A DNA stretch of 64,000 nucleotides from Promethearchaeota archaeon (GCA_048941015.1 JBHLNZ010000011.1:1-64000), one strand, 5' to 3'. Numbered from the stretch's first letter, positions 50,075 through 60,286 are shown. Translations and numbers: made by a program. Notes: a model not told the origin generated them from the letters alone.

Positions 50075-52288
50075 ATGTATTTATTTAAAGATAAAGAAGA
50101 AGTGGAGATACCTTATGGCTGTAAAGTATGCTTAAAGGAAATAAAGTTTAGAGTATCAGCAAAAGAGTATAAAGATGTCACCAAATTTCCTATTAAAAAA
50201 GAATCAGTACATGGAGACCCTCCTCATAAACTTGTTGTGTATCTAAATCAATATTTAGAAGTCGAAAATTTTGAGATAAAAGAAATTTTGAAACGGGAAG
50301 AGGTTTCCTATTCAGAAGAGTTAATGAAACAAGTATTAAGTGAGATTGAATTAACTCCTGAAGAAATTGAATTATATTTTAGAACAACAGGTAGAGAAGC
50401 AGTCTCAGTAGGAGAAATGGCGATATTAGTTAACAAACCTAAGACAGAATGTGAAAAGATTGCTAAAAAATTTGTAGAAAAAGGATTATTTAAAGAAGTT
50501 GTTGGAGCAAAACCACATTATAGTGCTTTACCTCCATATGCTGCTTTAGTAAGCCAATTACAAAAATTTCATCAATATATTACAGATATAAAAAAGAGTA
50601 TTCCAGTTCAATTAGATCAATCATTCGCAAAATTAGAATCAAAAACGGGAAAAGTTGAAAAAGCACCTGCTCCTTCTACTGAATTAATGAAAGAACTGAA
50701 AGATAATATGTTAACACAGATACGTTCTCAAAAAAAGGAATTTGATGAAACGCTAGCTGTTATGGACCAGATTAGAGGTATTACAGAAGATATTAGTAGT
50801 TTAGAAGGTTATACTGACAAAATAGCAGATACCCAATTTGGGGATTTCACTAAACAATTTGATGATATTAATAAGAAAACTTCTCAAATCATTAAAGGCC
50901 AAATTGATAACTTAAAGAATGAATTTAATAATGTCAAGTCGACAGTATCTGATAATTTACAAAAATTAAGACTTGGGGTAATCCAACAATCTGTAGACCA
51001 AGTACTTGAGAAAGTTATAGAATCACGATTAAAAGAAATTACAGATAGTATAAATGTTCAGCTAAGTGTGAGTCAAGTAGCTTTTGCTGATGAATTAAAA
51101 AAAGCTACCACTGGAGTTAATACAGATTTACTTTCAAAAATTAAAGATTCCATACAGAGCACGATTAAAAATTTAGACGGATTAGCTGCTAAAACTGATT
51201 TAGATAAGGATCAAATTTTCGCGAATATAAGTGAAAATTTCAATAAAGCTGTCCAAGCAGCAGAAGAAAAAATCGAAAGTTTATCAGGAACCACTTTTGA
51301 ATCTTTAGGAGACCTAAGAGATGTTTTTTCAACCCAAATTGTGTCAACACTCGATAATACTTTGAGTGATATTTTAAAAAGATTAGAAATTTCTGAAAAG
51401 GTTACAAATGACTTCTGGGATCAAGCTAAAAAAGGCACAGGATTCACGATGAAAGATATCTGGTTTATAAGATCTCCAGAAAGCGCGAAAGCTCATATTA
51501 ATGACGAAATCGGAAAAGCAAAAATGAGAATTCTAATAGTGGCTCCGCAGATTAGTGATGTTGACATAAACGCGATTAAAGAACGCCCAAAGCATATAAA
51601 TTTTAGAATTGCGGCAAGTATTGATCTCTCAAATCCTCAACATACAGCAATTATTCAGGAATTAGATCAAATGGATAATGTTGATTATAGACATCGCACT
51701 CTACAAAACCTTTGGGGGATCAATAAAGATTATGAAGAAGTAATTGTATGTGTACTTTCAAAAACAGAAATACGAGGAGATATAGTTACTGAAATTGCTG
51801 GGATAGGAAGTATTATAGAAGAACATATTAAAATTTTCGTTCCCATTCTTGAGGATGCATGGATGGGCGCAAGAAAGGAAGTGATGCATGCTATTAAAAC
51901 CTCTGTAGCTAAAGAAGCACCCGTGGAAGAGAAACCAAAATTAGAGCCGGTTGTTGTTAAACCAAAGGTTATGATTCCTCCTGAAAAAGAAGTTCCTACT
52001 CCAAAAGAGGAAGAGAAAGTAGAGCCTAAAGCTCCAGCGACATCATTGTTAGGAAAACAATTTGATTTAATAGAGGAAAGTCTTAATAAGCTGACAGGAT
52101 TAGAAATTTCCTCTGCATTAGAGAAATTTCAGAATGAATATATCAAGAAGGAAGGTTATAATAGTGTATTAAAAAATGTACATAATACTAGCACTAATCT
52201 TCGAAGTAAAACTTATATTTTAAGCCAGCCAGAAAAAGACGACTTAAAAATGAAAATGAACTTTTGGCGCCAAAAACTAAATCTCTAA
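50075..52288 (+). CDS. Multidomain protein: Zn-binding module, TrmB-type wHTH, long helical/coiled-coil region, TrmB effector/PLD-like domain, C-terminal helical domain
   Basis: CKVC...HG..PH; LTPEEIELY...FVEKGL...YSALPP; about 290 aa of amphipathic helices; IWFIRS...AKMRILIVAP. Confidence 0.7.
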   Translation: MYLFKDKEEVEIPYGCKVCLKEIKFRVSAKEYKDVTKFPIKKESVHGDPPHKLVVYLNQYLEVENFEIKEILKREEVSYSEELMKQVLSEIELTPEEIELYFRTTGREAVSVGEMAILVNKPKTECEKIAKKFVEKGLFKEVVGAKPHYSALPPYAALVSQLQKFHQYITDIKKSIPVQLDQSFAKLESKTGKVEKAPAPSTELMKELKDNMLTQIRSQKKEFDETLAVMDQIRGITEDISSLEGYTDKIADTQFGDFTKQFDDINKKTSQIIKGQIDNLKNEFNNVKSTVSDNLQKLRLGVIQQSVDQVLEKVIESRLKEITDSINVQLSVSQVAFADELKKATTGVNTDLLSKIKDSIQSTIKNLDGLAAKTDLDKDQIFANISENFNKAVQAAEEKIESLSGTTFESLGDLRDVFSTQIVSTLDNTLSDILKRLEISEKVTNDFWDQAKKGTGFTMKDIWFIRSPESAKAHINDEIGKAKMRILIVAPQISDVDINAIKERPKHINFRIAASIDLSNPQHTAIIQELDQMDNVDYRHRTLQNLWGINKDYEEVIVCVLSKTEIRGDIVTEIAGIGSIIEEHIKIFVPILEDAWMGARKEVMHAIKTSVAKEAPVEEKPKLEPVVVKPKVMIPPEKEVPTPKEEEKVEPKAPATSLLGKQFDLIEESLNKLTGLEISSALEKFQNEYIKKEGYNSVLKNVHNTSTNLRSKTYILSQPEKDDLKMKMNFWRQKLNL

Positions 52289-52385
52289 ATTTATATTTTT
52301 TTACACTTCTACATTTTAGTAAATTCCTTTTCCTATTTTATTTTAAAATGAGAAATCTAATATTGATTTCAAAATTATATAATCA

Positions 52386-53381
52386 ATGGCAGAAGACGCA
52401 ATTATAATAGAATCTGGTAAAATTAATACTTATCTTCATCACATTGACTTAAAGGCATATGGTAAACCCCGTATGTTATCCATTTATTTAGCAGAATTTG
52501 ATAATTGTTCAATATTATTTGATTGCGGGTCTTCATTAGATTATAAAAAAATTATTAGATATTTAAAGAAGAACAAAATTTCATTATCCTCAATAAAATA
52601 CTTAATAACATCTCATCATCATTTCGATCATAATGGAGGATTACATCTCCTCTATGCTGAATTAGAGAAATATAATCCAGAGTTAAAAATTCTCACAAAT
52701 ACAAGGACTAAAAACTTATTAAATAATTACAAAGAACATTTAGACCGTGCAAAGAGAACATATGGAAGCCTCGTTGGAAAAATGGCAGCAATTAAAGATT
52801 CAGCTTTTCAAATTATAGAACCAAGTAGTAATTTTGATAGCAATCCTAATAGGATAGACATTTGTGATACTTTTACGATAAATGGAGATGAGATAAAATT
52901 AAGTATTTTGAAAACACCAGGTCATACTCCAGATCACCAATCGCCAGTCCTTATAAGTAATGATAAAGTTGATTTTATATTTCTTGGGGAAGCAGTTGGA
53001 ACATTATATCATGCTACAAAATTAGTGACTATGCCAACTTCAATGCCAATTTATTATAATCACTCAGATTATATGAAAACTTTAGAAAACCTAAAAAAAC
53101 TTCATCCAATAAAAGCGGGTTTTGGTCATTTTGGTGTTATTAATGGAACTCATAATATGAAGGATATATTATTAGAACATGAAACCTTTCTAAAAGAATT
53201 TAGATCAAAGATAATAGAATATTATGAAGAAAAACCTGAAACTAAATATGTGCTAGAAAAAATAATGCCTCTTTTACTTCCAAGAACTGATTTACCTTTG
53301 GAAGATAATTCTATTTTCAATGGAATCGCATTAGGTATTGTATATGGAATGATGGTTGACTTAGGTTATCGTAAATCTTAA
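52386..53381 (+). CDS. Metallo-beta-lactamase fold hydrolase
   Basis: SHHHFDHNGG, TPGHT, GHFG. Confidence 0.9.
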   Translation: MAEDAIIIESGKINTYLHHIDLKAYGKPRMLSIYLAEFDNCSILFDCGSSLDYKKIIRYLKKNKISLSSIKYLITSHHHFDHNGGLHLLYAELEKYNPELKILTNTRTKNLLNNYKEHLDRAKRTYGSLVGKMAAIKDSAFQIIEPSSNFDSNPNRIDICDTFTINGDEIKLSILKTPGHTPDHQSPVLISNDKVDFIFLGEAVGTLYHATKLVTMPTSMPIYYNHSDYMKTLENLKKLHPIKAGFGHFGVINGTHNMKDILLEHETFLKEFRSKIIEYYEEKPETKYVLEKIMPLLLPRTDLPLEDNSIFNGIALGIVYGMMVDLGYRKS

Positions 53382-53459
53382 TATTTTTTATTTTGAAGCA
53401 ATTTTAAAAAACACTTATTTTCAAAAACTTCTAATTAGTAAATAACATTAATTCTAATA

Positions 53460-54668
53460 ATGGATAATAAAATTGAGAGCTTTGATATCTGTATAGTTGG
53501 AGCAAGTCTTGCTGGAAATTACTTAGCATATTTATTATCTGAAACAAATTTAAAAATAGCAATAATCGAAGAACATAAAGAAATAGGATTACCTTTCCAA
53601 TGTGCTGGAATAGTTTCTCAAAAAATAACGAATTTAATTCATTTACCTGAAAATCTTATTTTAAATCGAGCCAAAGTTGCAAAAATCATATCCCCCTCAG
53701 GTAAATATTTAAAATTATCTGGAGATGAAAATCCTTACATTATTGATAGAATTGCTTTAGATCGCTATTTTTATAGTAAAGTAAAGGATAAAAAAAAAAT
53801 TCACTATTATTTAGACGAAAAATTTAAAAATTTTAAGTATTGTAAAATCGATCACCATAAACGCCTCTTAGTCCAGACTTCCCAAAGGAAATTAAAGGTG
53901 AACTTGCTAATCGGATGTGATGGCCCTTTATCTATGATTGGAAAGAGCTTAAATGAAAGAAATAAGATCCTTTATGCCAGACAAATAAGGATTAATGGCT
54001 CATTTAGTCAAAACGAGGCTGTTCTATATTTTAACAAAAGATGGAAAGAATTATTTGGATGGATAGTACCAGAAGGTAATAATATTTATAGAATTGGTTT
54101 GGCATCTTCCCAAAATATTGGAACAAAATTTAAAGATTTTTTAAGACGATTAAATATTAGCATAATTGATAAAATTGATCAGCAAGGAGGGATTATTCCT
54201 TATGGATATATGAATAAAGTTGCATTTGATAATATTTTATTGTTAGGCGACTCAGCAGGACAGGTTAAAGCAACAACAGGGGGAGGGATTATAATGTTAT
54301 TAACTGCTGCTCATTATGCTTCATTTTGTATAAGAAAATGTTTTAATAAGGATAATTTTTCTAAAAGAGTGATCAAAAAATATTATGAAAAACCATGTTT
54401 TCTTAAAATAGGTAATGAACTAAAAATTCATTACGTTATCCGAATGTTTTTAGCAAAGTTAAGTGAAGTAGATTTTGAAAGATTTATGCAAATTGGAAAA
54501 ATGAACAAAGTTCGAAATGTCATCTCATTTTATGGCGATATGGATTTTCCTAAATCACTGGTTGTTAAACTTTTGATTAATCCTTTTATTTTAAAATTTT
54601 TATTGCTATTCTTAATAAAGAATCCATTTTTTCTTATTCGAGTTTTAAAAATTCTAATTTTTATATGA
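53460..54668 (+). CDS. Geranylgeranyl reductase family FAD oxidoreductase
   Basis: IVGAxxAG, PFQCAG, IDRxxLD, IGCDG, FGWIVP, GDSAGQVKATTGGGI. Confidence 0.88.
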   Translation: MDNKIESFDICIVGASLAGNYLAYLLSETNLKIAIIEEHKEIGLPFQCAGIVSQKITNLIHLPENLILNRAKVAKIISPSGKYLKLSGDENPYIIDRIALDRYFYSKVKDKKKIHYYLDEKFKNFKYCKIDHHKRLLVQTSQRKLKVNLLIGCDGPLSMIGKSLNERNKILYARQIRINGSFSQNEAVLYFNKRWKELFGWIVPEGNNIYRIGLASSQNIGTKFKDFLRRLNISIIDKIDQQGGIIPYGYMNKVAFDNILLLGDSAGQVKATTGGGIIMLLTAAHYASFCIRKCFNKDNFSKRVIKKYYEKPCFLKIGNELKIHYVIRMFLAKLSEVDFERFMQIGKMNKVRNVISFYGDMDFPKSLVVKLLINPFILKFLLLFLIKNPFFLIRVLKILIFI

Positions 54669-54762
54669 GAACATATAAAGATTTAAAATCATTTAAGTGG
54701 AGTATATATTAAACCACTTTTTGATTATTTCTAATAATATAATTACATTTTTGTGAAAAAGG

Positions 54763-55938
54763 ATGGATTGTAGAGAAAGGGTTCTTACAACATTAAATTT
54801 AGAGGAACCGGATCGGGTTCCTTGTCATACTATTTTAATCGATGCTAATAATGTTGATATAATTCTTGGAAAACCACAGATAACTGATTTTGATACATTA
54901 GAGCAAATTAAACGAGATAATCCAGATAATTGGGCAGAGGAAATAAGCAATTTAGTCGAAAGTGTGGAAACCTCGATTTTTTCGCGGTGTGTTGAAGCTG
55001 CGGTGGCTATTGGTCTGGATTGTATGCAAGTTGGGATTGTTCCCGTAGAATTTATAGATGATCCTAATGATGAACGAGATCTTATGAGAGATATCTTTGG
55101 AAGGATTTGGGAAGCGAGAGATAATGAGGGAAATTTTAATCCTTACTATTTATATGGAACAATGAATTCTCCTGAAAAATGGAGAGAAACTAAAGAAAAC
55201 ATTGAAGGACCAATGACAGAAAAATATACAAAAATGGTCAAAAAATTTTATAGGCGTATCAATAAAAAACATAAAGATAAGATTTTCGTTGCAGTTACTA
55301 ATGATTTAGCTGGTGTTTTTGAAAGTGCCTCCCAAGGAATGGGTATGACATATTATTCAAGAATGCTCCATAAAGATCCACGTTTTATCAAAGAGGTTCA
55401 TGAAGTTATAGCTGAATTCACTGCTGCATGCTATAGAAGTTATATGGAAGCGGGTGCAGAACTCTTTATTGAATCGGGAGATCTAGCTTATCATAGGGGT
55501 CCAATGATGAGCCCAAAAAAATTTTATGAACTTCTCTTACCTGCTTATCAAATAATTACAAACGCAGTTCATGAAGGTGGAGGAAAAATTGTGCTTCATA
55601 CCGATGGACAGGTCACTCCTTTATTAGATTTTGTTGTTGATTGTCATTTTGATGGATTACATAGCCTAGAACCGACAGCAGGAGTAGATATTGCTTTAGT
55701 TAAAAAGAAGGTTGGGGATAAGTTATGTCTAATGGGAAATATTGATGTTGCACATGTTCTTACCTACGGAACAAAAGAAGAAGTATTTGATGCTGTGAAA
55801 TATGCTATCAAAGTTGCTGGTCCAGGCGGGGGATTTATCGTAAGTGCTGCTAATATGCATCCCCATGTTAAAGTTCCTAATTTACGATGGATGGTGGAAG
55901 CGACACGAAAATTTGGTTCTTACCCTATTAGTCTTTGA
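54763..55938 (+). CDS. Uroporphyrinogen decarboxylase / MtaA-CmuA methyltransferase family protein
   Basis: RERV...EPDRVP, GDLA, PMMSP, LHTDG, LMGNID, GGGFIV. Confidence 0.88.
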   Translation: MDCRERVLTTLNLEEPDRVPCHTILIDANNVDIILGKPQITDFDTLEQIKRDNPDNWAEEISNLVESVETSIFSRCVEAAVAIGLDCMQVGIVPVEFIDDPNDERDLMRDIFGRIWEARDNEGNFNPYYLYGTMNSPEKWRETKENIEGPMTEKYTKMVKKFYRRINKKHKDKIFVAVTNDLAGVFESASQGMGMTYYSRMLHKDPRFIKEVHEVIAEFTAACYRSYMEAGAELFIESGDLAYHRGPMMSPKKFYELLLPAYQIITNAVHEGGGKIVLHTDGQVTPLLDFVVDCHFDGLHSLEPTAGVDIALVKKKVGDKLCLMGNIDVAHVLTYGTKEEVFDAVKYAIKVAGPGGGFIVSAANMHPHVKVPNLRWMVEATRKFGSYPISL

Positions 55939-55952
55939 AATAAATATTCTTT

Positions 55953-56324
55953 TTAAATCACTGGTCGAGTCATAGAAAAGAAAGCAATTTCATTAAATAG
56001 AACAGACCAAATTATCATAAAGACAATAACAACTATACTAGAAATAAGAGCATAATACTTTATTCCTTTTGGAATGCCAAGGTCTTCACTTTTTCTTTGA
56101 ATAATTGCCCTAATCATAGCAACAACATATATTACAAAAATTATTAAAGCAATAATCCAAAGGAATAAAATAAATAAAGGGATGGTATAAACCGGTCTTC
56201 CATCTAATTCAAAGGAATTTAACCATGGCCAATATACAACTATCACGTACGTAGGAATTGAGCTATAAATCGCAGCTGTGAGAAAGAAGACAATACTCCA
56301 TAAATATCCTTTAACAGAAGACAT
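55953..56324 (-). CDS. Hypothetical 3-TM membrane protein
   Basis: 123 aa, three hydrophobic helices. Confidence 0.65.
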   Translation of the reverse strand: MSSVKGYLWSIVFFLTAAIYSSIPTYVIVVYWPWLNSFELDGRPVYTIPLFILFLWIIALIIFVIYVVAMIRAIIQRKSEDLGIPKGIKYYALISSIVVIVFMIIWSVLFNEIAFFSMTRPVI

Positions 56325-56492
56325 AATAATCGATATGAATTTTTAAATATCTATTTTATTATTTTTGAAATCTTATTAATTATATTTACTATAGTTTATA
56401 AGATTTTTATCTTAAACTTTCAATTAAAATGTCGTTTTTATGAATAATTTATGCGATTTACTCTTTATTTTAACCCAAAGTTGAATCAATCT

Positions 56493-57902
56493 TTAAAGAG
56501 CTTTTTTTAAAAGAAAACGTTTCTTAAGCATATTTGTTAATTGATCTTCTATATGAGTTAAATTTAGGAGTTCAGCCATGCTAGCTTTTGATCCTTTTAT
56601 CATTTCCCACTTACTTTCTTGATTAGCCAATTCAATTAGCTCCTTACTAATTCTCTCTGCTAATTGGGTTAGACCATACATTTTAGTAATATCACGAGCG
56701 CGGGATAATAAATCTTTTGCTTCTTCAAATTCAGAAGTTATTAATTTCAGTTTAGCATGAAAGGAATAAGCTTCAGCAAGCAACCAGGATGACTGTTGAG
56801 TTTTAGCAATTTCCTTTAATTGAATAAGATAAGGTTGAATCCCGTCTATTATTTTTAAATCATTTGTTTCACTCAATTCTTTTAAATATAGATCACAGAG
56901 ATATATAAGAGCCTCATATTGAGTCTCAATAAATGTACCCTCTTCATTAACAATTCGCTTTAATAAATCTATTGCTTTTAGGTGGTATACTTTTTGAGAT
57001 TGCTTCTGAAAAAAAATAGCTTTCAAAACACGATAACCATCATCCAGCCATTTATTATATTCTTGATTTATGATTTTTTTTATACGATCTAAATATAATT
57101 TAGCTTTTTCGAGAGAATTCATTTTTAGATATAAATCAACAAGAGAAGTTAGGACTACCCCTGTTTTAAAACTATTAATTTCTTCACATATTGATAGACT
57201 CTGCTTCAAACACTCTAATGCTTGATTAAAGTCTCCCTTTTCAGTGTAAACCATCCCAATACCGTTAAGAGCCCCAATAATTTCTTGTTTATCATTTAAC
57301 TTCTTTGCAAGTGTTAAAAATATTTTTAGGTATTCAAAAGAAAGATTGAAATCACCTTTACAGTAATAAACAAAATCAAGTAATTTTGATGCGCGTAATA
57401 TCAGCTTATCATTTTCAATTTCTTTTGCTATCATAAAAGCCTCATCAATACATTTTAGAGCTTGATTTAAATCACCTATATTAAAGTATATTCCGCCTTT
57501 ACTTAACAATAAAGACGTCTTTTTCTCTTTAAATTCTTTTAATGATATTTGATCGATTGTTTGGAGTAATTCTTCGGCTTTAATAATGGTTTTTAATGCT
57601 TCTTTGTTCTTATTCGTATGACTGAGAATAGTAGACTTAGAAAGAAGAACATCAAAAATTTGAGGATTAATTTTAAGTTGTTGACTTTCTTTGTACGCTA
57701 ATTCAACATATTTCAAAGCTTCATTCATTCGTCCAAGCTCATTAAGTAGAACACTCTTAAAATAATGGATTTCGAATTGACCTTGAAGTGTAAGCTCTTT
57801 CTTATCTTCAAGTTCATTTAGAATTTTTAACGCTTCTATAAATTTACATTCATTCTTAAGTTGTTCTACATAAGGTAATTCCTTAAGTTCTGAGTTGTGC
57901 AT
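56493..57902 (-). CDS. Tetratricopeptide repeat protein
   Basis: Multiple TPRs (GGIYFNIGDLNQALKCIDEA; GIGMVYTEKGDFNQALECLKQSL). Confidence 0.88.
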   Translation of the reverse strand: MHNSELKELPYVEQLKNECKFIEALKILNELEDKKELTLQGQFEIHYFKSVLLNELGRMNEALKYVELAYKESQQLKINPQIFDVLLSKSTILSHTNKNKEALKTIIKAEELLQTIDQISLKEFKEKKTSLLLSKGGIYFNIGDLNQALKCIDEAFMIAKEIENDKLILRASKLLDFVYYCKGDFNLSFEYLKIFLTLAKKLNDKQEIIGALNGIGMVYTEKGDFNQALECLKQSLSICEEINSFKTGVVLTSLVDLYLKMNSLEKAKLYLDRIKKIINQEYNKWLDDGYRVLKAIFFQKQSQKVYHLKAIDLLKRIVNEEGTFIETQYEALIYLCDLYLKELSETNDLKIIDGIQPYLIQLKEIAKTQQSSWLLAEAYSFHAKLKLITSEFEEAKDLLSRARDITKMYGLTQLAERISKELIELANQESKWEMIKGSKASMAELLNLTHIEDQLTNMLKKRFLLKKAL

Positions 57903-57991
57903 GGACTTGAAACCCTGATGAAATACAAAATCTCATCACTTTTTTAATTTATATAAAAGATTAGTACATTTTTATATAATAATTCTTCTGC

Positions 57992-58033
57992 TATTACTAG
58001 TAGAAAAATCTACTACTAGTTGTACTAGTAATA
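57992..58033. promoter_or_regulatory. Nested inverted repeats (terminator or operator)
   Basis: TATTACTAGTA-N20-TACTAGTAATA overlapping TAGTAGA-AAAA-TCTACTA; three ACTAGT palindromes. Confidence 0.45.
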
Positions 58034-58045
58034 CTAAAAAAAATT

Positions 58046-58816
58046 TTAACTTTTTTTTGTTTTAAAAAATTTATTTTTTTTCAGTTCAAATATAGCTTTT
58101 AAAGGTAATGATGCGTCTAAATATACAAACGCATTTTCAGGATTAAGTTCTTGCTCTCTCGCAAGTTTTTCTAATTTTAATAAATATTCTAACCGGATGT
58201 CCAAAAATTTTTCATAACGTTCATGATCAAAATATAGTAGATTAAACCATGGTTCATTTTTCCCAGAAAGATATGCTTTATAAATTTTCTTGGCTTTATT
58301 TATATCCTCTAATTGGTCTTCAAAAGTTTTTAACAATGGATTCATAAAATCAAGTAATTTATGTATATTATAAATAGCATTTCTATAATTAGCGATCTCT
58401 GAAATGAAGAATTCACGAAGTTTTTGAGGATTCGTAGGGATCTCCAGATCATTTATTTCAGTTTCAAGTTTTTCTCTCAATTTTCCATTTATACGATAAT
58501 ATTTAGGGGGTATTTTCTCTCCTTCTCCTTCTTTGGTTACCCCTCTCCTTGATATAATCATTCCATCTTTTTCCATCCTTATTAATACTCTAGAGACGGT
58601 AGATTTGCTCTGTTTTACTAAATGCGAAATTTCTGTAACATTTAATTCGTTATATAATTTGAGAATTGCCCAAATTTCATAACGTAGTTCATGTTTATCA
58701 ATTAAATCTAACCAATCCTCTTCTAGAATTATGTCTCTATAGAGTTTCTGCTTAGTAGTCACATTTTTCCGATTTATATTATTTTTGTCGTCAATCTCTT
58801 TATTCATTTTAATCAA
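58046..58816 (-). CDS. Winged-helix transcriptional regulator (ArsR/MarR-like)
   Basis: LRYEIWAIL...LNVTEISHLVKQSKSTVSRVLIRMEKDGMI...KYYRI. Confidence 0.82.
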   Translation of the reverse strand: MIKMNKEIDDKNNINRKNVTTKQKLYRDIILEEDWLDLIDKHELRYEIWAILKLYNELNVTEISHLVKQSKSTVSRVLIRMEKDGMIISRRGVTKEGEGEKIPPKYYRINGKLREKLETEINDLEIPTNPQKLREFFISEIANYRNAIYNIHKLLDFMNPLLKTFEDQLEDINKAKKIYKAYLSGKNEPWFNLLYFDHERYEKFLDIRLEYLLKLEKLAREQELNPENAFVYLDASLPLKAIFELKKNKFFKTKKS

Positions 58817-58967
58817 ATTTCCTCTTTAGCTATCATTTACTAATATAGAATAATTATTTTTTAAAATTAATAGGTAAAACGATGTTTTCATTCATATGAT
58901 GCGATCTTTACCTTTTTTCATTATATTAGTAACCACAATATTTAAATATAAATCTTTCCCATATAAT

Positions 58968-59021
58968 ATTAATAATGAGCCGTCCCAATATTGCCGTCTT
59001 AATGGGACTGCCATTACTAAT
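58968..59021 (+). promoter_or_regulatory. GC-rich stem-loop in the putative 5' UTR of the NosD gene
   Basis: TAATG-A-GC-C-GTCCCA pairs with TGGGAC-T-GC-CATTA; TATA-like TTTAAATA about 25 nt upstream. Confidence 0.4.
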
Positions 59022-59047
59022 AATTTTTATCGAAAAACATTGGAGTG

Positions 59048-60286
59048 ATGGAAAAAATGAAACTAAAAATAAAATTAGAAGTATTTATGATTTTAGGAAT
59101 TCTTTTCACTCTCTCAATCATAATTAACAATAATATCAATTTCAAAGCAAGAATAAGTGAAGTTAATTCGGAATTTAGTGAAGAATTTGATAAAACTGAT
59201 GGACTATTGAAAATCTCCGCTCTAAACGAAAAAATTCATATTAATAATAACTGGTCAATTACAGAGAGTACCTATACTTGGTGTACAGGTTCAGGAACAT
59301 ACTCAGAGCCTTATATCATAAAGGATTTGATAATAGATGGAGGAGGTTCAGGACATTGTATTTTGATTGAAAATTCTAATGTATACTTTAAAATTGAAAA
59401 TTGCACAACATTTAATGCTGGAGATTATCATGGAATAACCTTGTTAAATGTTAATAATTCTCTGCTCTTTAAAAATAACTGTTCTTATAATAATAGAGGG
59501 ATATCATTAACATCATGCAATAATAATACTATAATGGAGAACATCGCAAATAACAATGATAATGATGGAATTTATCTAACACACTGTTCTAATAATACAA
59601 TTTCGGGAAATACCGCTAAATCTAATAAGATGATTGTTCCCTTTATCGTAGATGGAAATGGTATATATATTAATATTGGCAGTAATAACAAGATCATAGG
59701 AAATAGTTTAGATGAGAATGGACAGGCAATATATTTAATTATTAGTGATCACGACACTATTTCAGGAAATACAGCAAAAAATAATAGGTACCATGGAGTA
59801 TTCTGTCAAACTGGTAATAATCTTAGCATTTCAAGTAATACTTTTACTTACAATGCCTATGGAATATTGATACAACAAGTTTTACAGAGTTCTATTTCAG
59901 GAAACACTTTAAATTATAATGAAGAGGGGATTGGTTTATTATATAGTGATCAGAATACTATATCAGAAAATGAAGCTAATAACAATGAATATTATGGAAT
60001 TTACATTCATCTTAGTGACAGCAATATTATTTCAAGTAATACTGCAAATAAAAATGGTAAGGGTGTCTATTTAGTCGATGCTAATAATAACCAAATCTTG
60101 GACAATAATTTAATTGGCAATGAGGTTTGTTATGAAGAATTAAATTGTGAAAATAATGTATTTGAGAATAACAAATGTAACTTAACATTTCCAGGATTCA
60201 GTGTATTCATAATTATTGGAACTGTAGCAGCTATATGTTTAATCTTAGCAGTCTATGTACTCAAAGTCAGAAAAAGAAGTTCATAA
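59048..60286 (+). CDS. Cell-surface right-handed beta-helix (NosD/CASH) protein with C-terminal PGF-type sorting/TM tail
   Basis: Signal peptide, GSGTYSEPYII, repeated NNxxGIYL..S.NNTIS.N, terminal FPGF-TM-KVRKR. Confidence 0.88.
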   Translation: MEKMKLKIKLEVFMILGILFTLSIIINNNINFKARISEVNSEFSEEFDKTDGLLKISALNEKIHINNNWSITESTYTWCTGSGTYSEPYIIKDLIIDGGGSGHCILIENSNVYFKIENCTTFNAGDYHGITLLNVNNSLLFKNNCSYNNRGISLTSCNNNTIMENIANNNDNDGIYLTHCSNNTISGNTAKSNKMIVPFIVDGNGIYINIGSNNKIIGNSLDENGQAIYLIISDHDTISGNTAKNNRYHGVFCQTGNNLSISSNTFTYNAYGILIQQVLQSSISGNTLNYNEEGIGLLYSDQNTISENEANNNEYYGIYIHLSDSNIISSNTANKNGKGVYLVDANNNQILDNNLIGNEVCYEELNCENNVFENNKCNLTFPGFSVFIIIGTVAAICLILAVYVLKVRKRSS

